A DNA stretch of 64,000 nt from Tubiluchus corallicola (Eukaryota > Animalia > Priapulida): assembly GCA_030141605.1 (NCBI GenBank), contig JAQGDQ010000067.1:1-64000 (forward strand), in the 5' to 3' direction. Positions 1 through 11,058 of the stretch are shown in pieces. The translations under genes were made by a program, and so were the position numbers. The stretch's first letter is position 1; each line of letters starts with the position of its first letter. The notes below the pieces were generated by a model, which saw only the letters and a program-made list of their open reading frames with translations, was not told where the DNA came from and did no database searches.

Positions 1-1129
1 TGTTCTACAACACTGCCAAGCCAAACTGAACCGCTGCTGTTAACTCAGGAACCAGCTCTAAAATCCGAGATTGAAAACATACTAACCAAAGCCTTTAAAG
101 AGCTTATCTCCAAGTTCATATAGGCCCAGTATCGTTTAGCTTGTTTTTAGACTATACTCTGAACTTTAAAGCTAGTCTGCGTAAAACTGTTATAAAACTC
201 TTTTTTTACTATGCTATTATGATTTTAATGATGACACTGAATAACAGAAAATTTTTAGCACTGCTGCTAGTGAATTTTTACATAATATGGCAAAATAGGC
301 CAATCCTTCCTAACTCGTGTAAAGATTATAACGTAACAATTGTGTATACTAGTATTATAATAACAATTATCTCACCCACGTTATTACATAATAGGAAATA
401 TTTACTTCTTATAGTACTGTATTCTATACAAGCCCTTTTACTCACAGCCGATGTTAGTATCCTTATGATCGTTCTAAAATTAATTTACCGCGCATGCGTA
501 ACGTTTTACTGTGTAAGCCTGATACTATGCTGCTGTATTACTGCAAAAAACTGCAAGTTAAAGTTATTTTATTTGTGTTAATAGGTACATTTTGGAAACC
601 ATGCGAATTTACCTCTTGTATCATAGTTGATATTTCTAACATATCTTATCATAAAATTACTAAATTTATTTGTGATTATGGCAGCCTTTGTATATTTAAC
701 GCCAAACACCAAACAGTTAAGTTCTTTTATTGTAACTATGTTTACGTCTTAGTTAAACTACGTGCAATACTATCCATACTAAAACTTGAAAATGATCTAA
801 AGTAATTGTGGGTTGTTTCCATGTCTAGTGGTAATTTAAACAACTTTTTCATTGCTTTTCCTGTAAATAGCGATAGAATAAGACACTCTATGCAATTTAT
901 TTTAAAAAGATTTGTATCCATCTTAAAAGTTGTGTACCTCGGTGCTATAAGACAAATGCGTCATGTCAATCTAAAATACGTAGCACTAAAAAAATTGGAA
1001 AAATTACAGATTTCATCTAAATTTGAAAGCACTCTATACTCATGTTCTGAACTGGCTTACATTTTAACCATAATTCGTTTACTACTTATACTTGGTGGTA
1101 TCGAAACTAACCCTGGACCCATTTTGCCA

Positions 1130-1185
<56 letters not shown>

Positions 1186-4100
1186 TAATAATAACACCAA
1201 CAATAATAATACCAGTGATGAGCTAAAAAAATTCATGATTACTTATAAAAAGAACATCAAATTTCTAAATATAAATATTCAAAGTCTCGTCAAAAAACAC
1301 TGGCTGCTCAAAGATACAATTCACGCCACCGAAAATCTTATTGTAGGCATAACAGAAACTTGGCTACATAAACAAATACTTAGCAACACTATAGAATTAC
1401 CTAATCACACATTAATAAGAAGAGATATATGTAAAAATAAGAAAGGTGGAGGGGTTGCGATGTATATACCTTCACACCTGAGACCACAAGAAATGAAAGG
1501 CATCAGAACCGGTAAGATTGAATCTGTTTGGTGCAGCATTGAGAACTATGTAATAGGAAACATATATAGACCACCCAATCTCAAACACAAAACATTTTTC
1601 AAATACTTTAGTGAAGAACTAGAACGCAGTGTTTTCGAAAATAAAAAAGTTCTTATAATGGCCGATTTCAACCTTGATATTTTAGCTACAAACACACTGG
1701 CATACAAAACATACACAGAGCTCTTAAAACAATATAATGTCCACATACTTAACAACAATAAACCTACTCGAATTTCTAAAACATCAGCCACAGTAATCGA
1801 CCATTTCATTTCGAATAGTAACAATAATTTCGTAGCATATGATACTTTCCCGTGTGATTATTCAGATCATCATTTCACAATATTAGTAGATAAAATGACC
1901 CCACAGCATAACAATAACCAAAATTCAGGCTGGCATTTAATGAGAGACTACGCCCAATACAACAAACATTCATACTTAATCGACTTATCAAAAATGAACT
2001 GGACCTCCATATATATGACTGATAAAATAGATACACAAGTTAATATTCTGATTAATAATGTCGAATATTGCCTTAATGTACATGCACCATATAAAAACGT
2101 AAAACAAATCCCACAACAAAGCAAACTCAATAACGAAAGTACCTGGACAACACCTGAACTTGACAAACTAAGAATAGCGAAAAACAGAATGTATAATATA
2201 TGGGAAAAGAACAAAACTAAAAACAATCATAACAATTATAAAAAAAAAGAGAAATCAATTTAGTAATCTTACTAAATGCTTGAAAAATAAATATATACAA
2301 CAACAATGTAAAAACGCAACAAATACTAAAGAAAAATGGGAAATTAGTAACAATGTAATAAATAGTTGCCGTAACAAACTAACGCATATTGACGAAACTA
2401 AAACCAACAACACTGTTATTACAAAACCCAAAGATATTGCCAATGCGCTAAATGCAATATTCCTGAATCTTGGAAATTTTAAGGGAGAGGCTTCTCATAT
2501 TAGCAATAATATAATTAATAAATTAAAAAACAAATCGTCTAACACAGTATTCTCATTCAAAAGTGTCACAGTAGGAGAAATTAACGACATATTAAATAAC
2601 CTAAGTTCCAACAAAGGGAGTGGACCATCAGATATTTCTATCAAAATTCTAAAAGATAGTGCATCTGTAATAGCCCCAAAGATATATATGGCTTTAGCCA
2701 TATATGGCCATTAGTCATATAAGCATATGACTTACATTGCTAATCAGATAATTATGTGAGGCTAATTTCCAACGGTATGTAAAATGGCAAACGTGACTCC
2801 AATCCATAAAAAAGATCCAAAATGTGATCCCATGAATTATCGCCCAATTTCCGTAATCCATTGTTTCGGCAAAGTTTGGGAAAGGATTATTTATGATCAG
2901 ATAAATTCATATGTAAATAAACATGAACTTTTATCAAAACGTCAGTTTGGCTTCCGTAAACACCATTCAACCATTGACGCCCTAATACACACAACAGAAA
3001 ATTGGAGACATAGTTTAGACAACAAGCAATACATTTTAGCGGCATTTTTAGATTTAAGTAAAGCATTCGATAGCATTAATCACGAACTACTTTACGATAA
3101 TTTAAAACAAATCGGATTAGATTCGATATCGTTAAAAATGATACAAAAGAATCTCAAAGATAGACAACAACGAGTAAAGTTAGATACATCCAACTTTTCT
3201 GACTGGGCCACGTTAAACAGAGGTATACCACAAGGAACACTACTAGGTCCGTTATTATTTTGCCTATATATAAACAACATATCCAGTGTATTACAACACT
3301 CACAAATAACGCAATACGCTGATGACACTACAATCTACATAGCCCATGAAAATATCCAAACTGCAAAAAATTATTTAGAAGAAGATATAAAAAATATAAA
3401 TATGGCATTTAGTCATTACAAGCTAAAAATGAATAATGACAAAACAAAATTCATGATACTGTCACCTTCATTAAATACTAATGATGCATCATCAACCACT
3501 TTGACAATAGATAATGCTGTAATCAAACAAACTAATAATGTTAAATTCCTGGGCATCCAGGTAGACAATAATCTTTCATGGGATGAACACTTTAATAACA
3601 TATACACAAAAATGGCATATCTCCGACAAGTTAAAGGGCAACTAACAAAGGAAACTAAAACACTAATATATAAAACTTTAGTTCTACCACACTTCTTATA
3701 TGGATGTACGCTACTTCAAAAAACCAAAAGAGAAAATTACTTAAAATTAAATCTCCTTCAAAACTATGCGTTGAGATTGATAGCTGGGTCCTCATAAAAA
3801 CATAAGGCAGGTAGACAAAATTCAAAGCTTCAACAACTAACATGAGAAAAACTTTAAAATTCCCAATCATTGAAGCACACAAAGAATATTTTACTCTGCT
3901 TTTTATATTTAAATACATTAACAACATCAGCAAACCATTCCAGAATAACAGATTTACCTTTTTTTCCAAATGCTATCGTTAATTCCAGAACAAGCAATCT
4001 AAAACAAATTAGGACAAATACCCACTATGGAACGAACTCTGTAATCAAACAAGCAATTCTACTTTGGAATTCTACTCTACCATTACAGGTTAAACAAATC

Positions 4101-4416
4101 AAGTCCCCATCAGCATTTAAAACAAAATTAAAATCATTAATATTAACCATCACACCAGTACGACAACATACACACTAATTCAGAATTCATATATCCACGG
4201 CCATATTAATTAAATCATAGTTTTTTCATTTTTTTGTGCATAGTTGTAAATATGTTTGATTTCATTCGTCGTTACTTTCCATTATTGCACAGTAGTTTAG
4301 ATTGCACTGACGCATTTGCCTTCAGCAGTGTAAGTTTTTACTAACTAACACTGATTGATTATCTCTGTAAAGTTTTTATCAGTGATTATCAATGTATTTT
4401 AATGGCAAATAAAGAT

Positions 4417-4419
<3 letters not shown>
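1..4419 (+). mobile_element. L2/CR1-group LINE copy A (end of ORF1, spacer, disrupted ORF2 with APE endonuclease and RT, 3' end with AATAAA and TA tail); 5' part lies outside the window
   Basis: ORFs 806-2263 (GITETWL, GGGVAMY, IYRPP, DFN, SDH), 2280-2714, 2784-3797 (NYRPIS, LDLSKAFD, GIPQG, YADD), 3870-4178. Confidence 0.93.

Positions 4420-4472
<53 letters not shown>
4420..4472. repeat. (TA)n microsatellite at the tail of LINE copy A
   Basis: Read directly. Confidence 0.95.
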
Positions 4473-4474
<2 letters not shown>

Positions 4475-4700
4475 CACTATTTGACCTCACTGTAATAGTA
4501 AGTGCTCTATCACCAAATCTCTTGCAGCGAGTCCTAGAAATCATCGTGTTCACGTTGTTAATTATCTTAAAGAGTAAGTTGATATTACAAGTTCAAACAT
4601 GTCTGATAAGTAACTAGGTACATTATTTTTGATATGTTAAAGCGAACAATTTAAACTGAATTCTCTAAGTAGTCGGTAATACTTGGCTAATATTTGTTAG

Positions 4701-4821
4701 GCAACAACTGCAACTGGTAAGCTGGATCTATGGGAAGGACGAGACGAAATCATTCTTTCAGGTGATGGACCTTGCGCAAGTGATGACGAAGATGATTGTG
4801 AGTTTGACACATCCGGTTCAG
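4701..4821 (+). CDS. Nrxn: neurexin stalk/Cys-loop exon (ATTATGKLDLWEGRDEIILSGDGPCASDDEDDCEFDTSGSG), inverted relative to the rest of the gene
   Basis: tatttgttag acceptor, GTAAG donor; 121 nt, phase 0/1; starting phase matches the exon ending at 13720; D.I..S...C.SDDED..C motif of the neurexin juxtamembrane region. Confidence 0.85.
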
Positions 4822-5378
4822 GTAAGCCTTAATCGGCGTCTACCGGAATGCGTTAGTGCATATCAAGCTACCTACAAAATATTTAATAAGAATAGACTAG
4901 CTGAAGAAAAAATAAGGTAGTAATGCATGTTAGAAAAACAATATAAAGTGATTTTTAACGCATAACGCATTGCGACTGTCTGGTCAACACTACTTTACCG
5001 TGCAATGCCGTGTTAACAAAATTTCCACAATAAAGAAAAAGAAAAGATGTAGAAGGCAAGCCATTGTGACTCCTAAATGTTTTATTAGCTACTGTTACAT
5101 ACCTGTCACCAATAGCACGCTCATCATTTTACCCTTAAGAAATCTTAAGTTAGTAGCTGCAATAATTTATCTGCCTCTAATGCTAAATTTGTATTTTTAA
5201 TAATGATAAGTTTCGTGTACTCATTATTATTAAATGACTATAATTCTTCGTGATGTTAGTAGGTAAACAATGTGCCTTGCTTTCTTTTTCACAGCCTTTA
5301 TTGTTGATCTATTTCTCTGCTCTTATTGTTTTATACTAAAAAAGAAAAACTTGCAAGGACGACGTAGTTTCATCTAGT

Positions 5379-7402
5379 TGGCCCAGTCAGAAAAGTTGGA
5401 TGTATCTAACTTTACTCGTTGTTGTCTATCTTTGAGATTCTTTTGTATCATTTTTAACGATATCGAATCTAATCCGATTTGTTTTAAATTATCGTAAAGT
5501 AGTTCGTGATTAATGCTATCGAATGCTTTACTTAAATCTAAAAATGCCGCTAAAATGAATTGCTTGTTGTCTAAACTATGTCTCCAATTTTCTGTTGTGT
5601 GTATTAGGGCGTCAATGGTTGAATGGTGTTTACGGAAGCCAAACTGATGTTTTGATAAAAGTTCATGTTTATTTACATATGAATTTATCTGATCATAAAT
5701 AATCCTTTCCCAAACTTTGCCGAAACAATGGATTACGGAAATTGGGCGATAATTCATGGGATCACATTTTGGATCTTTTTTATGGATTGGAGTCACGTTT
5801 GCCATTTTACATACCGTTGGAAATTAGCCTCACATAATTATCTGATTAGCAATGTAAGTCATATGCTTATATGACTAATGGCCATATATGGCCAAAGCCA
5901 TATATATCTTTGGGGCTATTACAGATGCACTATCTTTTAGAATTTTGATAGAAATATCTGATGGTTCACTCCCTTTGTTGGAACTTAGGTTATTTAATAT
6001 GTCGTTAATTTCTCCTACTGTGACACTTTTGAATGAGAATACTGTGTTAGACGATTTGTTTTTTAATTTATTAATTATATTATTGCTAATATGAGAAGCC
6101 TCTCCCTTAAAATTTCCAAGATTCAGGAATATTGCATTTAGCGCATTGGCAATATCTTTGGGTTTTGTAATAACAGTGTTGTTGGTTTTAGTTTCGTCAA
6201 TATGCGTTAGTTTGTTACGGCAACTATTTATTACATTGTTACTAATTTCCCATTTTTCTTTAGTATTTGTTGCGTTTTTACATTGTTGTTGTATATATTT
6301 ATTTTTCAAGCATTTAGTAAGATTACTAAATTGATTTCTCTTTTTTTTTATAATTGTTATGATTGTTTTTAGTTTTGTTCTTTTCCCATATATTATACAT
6401 TCTGTTTTTCGCTATTCTTAGTTTGTCAAGTTCAGGTGTTGTCCAGGTACTTTCGTTATTGAGTTTGCTTTGTTGTGGGATTTGTTTTACGTTTTTATAT
6501 GGTGCATGTACATTAAGGCAATATTCGACATTATTAATCAGAATATTAACTTGTGTATCTATTTTATCAGTCATATATATGGAGGTCCAGTTCATTTTTG
6601 ATAAGTCGATTAAGTATGAATGTTTGTTGTATTGGGCGTAGTCTCTCATTAAATGCCAGCCTGAATTTTGGTTATTGTTATGCTGTGGGGTCATTTTATC
6701 TACTAATATTGTGAAATGATGATCTGAATAATCACACGGGAAAGTATCATATGCTACGAAATTATTGTTACTATTCGAAATGAAATGGTCGATTACTGTG
6801 GCTGATGTTTTAGAAATTCGAGTAGGTTTATTGTTGTTAAGTATGTGGACATTATCTTGTTTTAAGAGCTCTGTGTATGTTTTGTATGCCAGTGTGTTTG
6901 TAGCTAAAATATCAAGGTTGAAATCGGCCATTATAAGAACTTTTTTATTTTCGAAAACACTGCGTTCTAGTTCTTCACTAAAGTATTTGAAAAATGTTTT
7001 GTGTTTGAGATTGGGTGGTCTATATATGTTTCCTATTACATAGTTCTCAATGCTGCACCAAACAGATTCAATCTTACCGGTTCTGATGCCTTTCATTTCT
7101 TGTGGTCTCAGGTGTGAAGGTATATACATCGCAACCCCTCCACCTTTCTTATTTTTACATATATCTCTTCTTATTAATGTGTGATTAGGTAATTCTATAG
7201 TGTTGCTAAGTATTTGTTTATGTAGCCAAGTTTCTGTTATGCCTACAATAAGATTTTCGGTGGCGTGAATTGTATCTTTGAGCAGCCAGTGTTTTTTGAC
7301 GAGACTTTGAATATTTATATTTAGAAATTTGATGTTCTTTTTATAAGTAATCATGAATTTTTTAGCTCATCACTGGTATTATTATTGTTGGTGTTATTAT
7401 TA

Positions 7403-7497
<95 letters not shown>

Positions 7498-10200
7498 TGG
7501 CAAAATGGGTCCAGGGTTAGTTTCGATACCACCAAGTATAAGTAGTAAACGAATTATGGTTAAAATGTAAGCCAGTTCAGAACATGAGTATAGAGTGCTT
7601 TCAAATTTAGATGAAATCTGTAATTTTTCCAATTTTTTTAGTGCTACGTATTTTAGATTGACATGACGCATTTGTCTTATAGCACCGAGGTACACAACTT
7701 TTAAGATGGATACAAATCTTTTTAAAATAAATTGCATAGAGTGTCTTATTCTATCGCTATTTACAGGAAAAGCAATGAAAAAGTTGTTTAAATTACCTTT
7801 AGACATGACATTACAAATTACTTTAGATCATTTTCAGTTTTAGTATGGATAGTAATGCACGTAGTATAACTAAGACGTAAGCATAGTTACAATAAAAGAA
7901 CTTAACTGTTTGGTGTTTGGCGTTAAATATGCAAAGGCTGCCATAATCACAAATAAATTTAGTAATTTTATGATAAGATACGTTAGAAATATCAACTATG
8001 ATACAAGAAGTAAATTCGTATGGTTTCCAAAATGTGCCTATTAATACAAATAAAATAACTTTAACTTGCAGTTTTTTGCAGTAATACAGCAGCATAGAAT
8101 CAGGTTTACACAGTAAAACGTTACACATGCGCGGTAAATTAATTTTAGAACGATCATAAGGATACTAATATCAGCTGTGAGTAAAAGGGCTTGTATAGAA
8201 TACAATACTATAAGAAGTAAATATTTCCTATTATGTAATAACGTGGGTAAGATAATTGTTATTATAATACTAGTATACACAATTGTTACGTTATAATCTT
8301 TACACGAGTTAGGAAGGATTGGCCTATTTTGCCATTTTATGTAAAAATTCACTAGCAGCAGTGCTAAAAAATTTCTGTTATTCAGTGTCATCATTAAAAT
8401 CATAATAGCATAGTAAAAAAAGAGTTTTATAACAGGTTTACGCAGACTAGGTTTAAAGTTCAGAGTATTGTCTAAAAACAAGCTAAACGATACTAGGCCT
8501 GAACTTGGAGATAAGCTCTTTAAAGGCTTTGGTTAGTATGTTTTCAATCTCGGATTTTAGAGCTGGTTCCTGAGTTAACAGCAGCGGTTCAGTTTGGCTT
8601 GGCAGTGTTGTAGAACATTTATTAGGATAATGAGCTTTAGCCGATTCTGCATAGTACAAACTGCTTCGTTCAGATGGCTCTCTCCGGTTCGAAACGGAGT
8701 AGGTTCGCTGTGGGTCGTTAATTACTGGCGTTGGGAGAAGACCAGGTTTCTTAACTGTGTCTGAATAGCTGGTATTGTGAGATGAACCAATACAAAAACT
8801 AAACGAGTTATTTAGGCGCGAAATTGCAGAATTGTGTTGGTATGGGTTTGTATGGGACATTGGTTTGCGTCTTGTTTTCACGTACCAACGCTTAGGATCA
8901 TTGTGTAAACATAAGTTCAGTTGTTCTGCTAATTTTGATACACCAGTACGACTTAAATGTAAACCGTCTCTTGCCATTAACCCTTCAGCTAAAAAATGAC
9001 TTTGAATGTTGCACAATAAATAGCCCTCTTTGTTAGCTAAATAGACTAGATCATCATTGTAAGAGCGTATAAGCTCGTTTGTCAGAAAGATATTACATGG
9101 TTTTGCATTAAATGCTTACTTTTTGAAGTCAGCGGTATATTACAAATAAAAATGTTTGCAGCTTTAAACTCACTTGCAATGATGTCTTTTTCGCACAGTT
9201 GTCTGCAATTGTAATGATGTCTCTAACTGCTGATTCTTTGTCGATTTGCTGTCCAACCTCGTCGCATTTTTGCGCTAGCCGTCTTATGTCATTTACACCA
9301 CATGCGATGATCACATTTTCAAGTTTCATAGCTGGATAATGGTTTAACACTTTTGTGCTTAACTCTTCTAACGTTAAGCCTCTGTATGAGTGTACCTGGA
9401 CGTTTTGCCCGATGTCCTTTGGATTTAAGTATACGGTCCGTGAGTCTCCCAGGACTAGTGTTTGAGTGGTTGCATGTATGGTTTTATGATTTTCCCTTCT
9501 TTGATTCACAGTTATTGTGGCATTGCAAGTTTCCTTTTCCTGCAAGGTTTCGCCTTGCGATGGAAGGTCGTTATTGCCGTGTTTCGATGAGGAGGTGTCT
9601 CCATTCCCAAGCAAAGTTTGACTTGCTTCATCTGTGTGACTGGGATCTTTGGAGGAACTATCACTTGTTTGGTTGCTTACATTTCGCTTTCTTTTTTGTA
9701 GTTCAGAGAGTTCCGCTGATAATTTATGAACCTTTTCGATGAGAGTTGACTGCTCTTTGTAGCTGGCAACTAGTTTTGATTCCAAGCATTGAATTGTCTT
9801 TTTACTCTCTTTTTCGTCATTTTTGGTTTTTATTTGCAAGGCAATTAGCATTTGTTTACATCGTTCGCCCTCTGGATCACCAACAAGTACGAAGTCGGGA
9901 AACAATTTCTGCCGCCTCGTGTCCATCATTTCCCATATTCGTCGTTTACCTACGTTTTTTGAAGCACCTTTCACACGTTGCAGGAAATAGCTGATTTTTA
10001 TTTACTGGATTTTTTCACTTTTGCAAAGCGTGCAACTTTTCCTTGCCATTCATGTATGTCTTTTAACATATATACTTTGTTCGGCGTAGTATCTTTTAAC
10101 TATAAGTAAATTTGTACAACCTTGGCCTCACGGCCTAATCACAATCTATTCAACTCAAGCTGGTATAATTAGCAACCGGAGCACGACACAAACGATGTGC
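5379..10200 (-). mobile_element. L2/CR1-group LINE copy B with SGNH-esterase ORF1; ORF2 truncated at its 3' end after FSDWA
   Basis: Reverse complement of 1-3210 over 5379-8617; ORF1 pieces 9129-9974 and 8483-9016 carry GDS, G.ND and DGLHL; 5' boundary approximate. Confidence 0.92.
8483..9974 (-). pseudogene. LINE ORF1: coiled coil plus SGNH/GDSL esterase domain, frameshifted
   Basis: LVLGDSR...SYRGLT...ACGVND...RDGLHLS blocks; coiled-coil-like IQCLESKL...LSAELSELQ. Confidence 0.85.
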
Positions 10201-10968
10201 ACCGGACAACTGACAACTGACCTATGGTGATCAACTGACAACAATTCATATGACCTATGAACTGAACTGACAAATAGGTTACCTATGGTGATAAGCTATG
10301 GTGAGATTCTGCTTCTCTGACAGGAGATGCGTTAAATGACAGCTTTTGTTTTGTATTTACAAATAAAAATTGTTTTCAAAATAATGAACAACACTGTATG
10401 TTGTTAATTGTACGTAAGTACGGTTGTGCCTGACTCGATTAACAGTTTCAGTGAAATCAGAGCTTGTCACTTTTTACCAGTGACTAGTGGCCCAAGACTC
10501 AACCAAATACGGGTCAAGATACACCATTCAATTTGTCTCATAAAGGCCTTTCATTTGATGAACTGCTACATATTGTTGCTCACATAGAAAGCATTTTCAT
10601 TACTGTCAGACAATTTCACTTATCGCCCTCTAGTGGGGTCGAAACTGGAAGCTTTGCTTTGTCTCCGACTCTTCGATTTTGGTTTTTGCCCTTTAGCGAA
10701 AAATTTTCCCATACACAAATGACTCATGTTCAACTATGCACAACAACTCGACACCACCTAGCCACATACCACAGATTGTGGCCCTAGCTCAAAAATTGTA
10801 GGAGGAGATCCATAATAAAGAAAAAAGCTCTGCTTGCTGCTGGACTTTTGACCTGAGGGTGACGGGTTAGATAAAAACATAAATCTCCCTAGCTGGGGAG
10901 TGTGGCCAGTGACTTTTGTAAACCTTGCCTAGTGCATGTGTGAGTTATTAAAAAAACAAAAAGGATTA

Positions 10969-10997
10969 AATAATAATAATGATGATGATGATGATGA

Positions 10998-11058
<61 letters not shown>
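10969..11058. repeat. (AAT)(GAT)(ATT)n microsatellite
   Basis: Read directly. Confidence 0.95.

Larger units (their letters stand above)
1..8617. repeat. Long inverted repeat: arms 1-3210 and 5379-8617 (left arm may extend beyond the window), spacer 3211-5378
   Basis: Mirrored ORFs in the track; window start tgttctacaacactgcc pairs with 8601-8617; homology ends at gactgggcca (3210) and tggcccagtc (5379). Confidence 0.97.
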
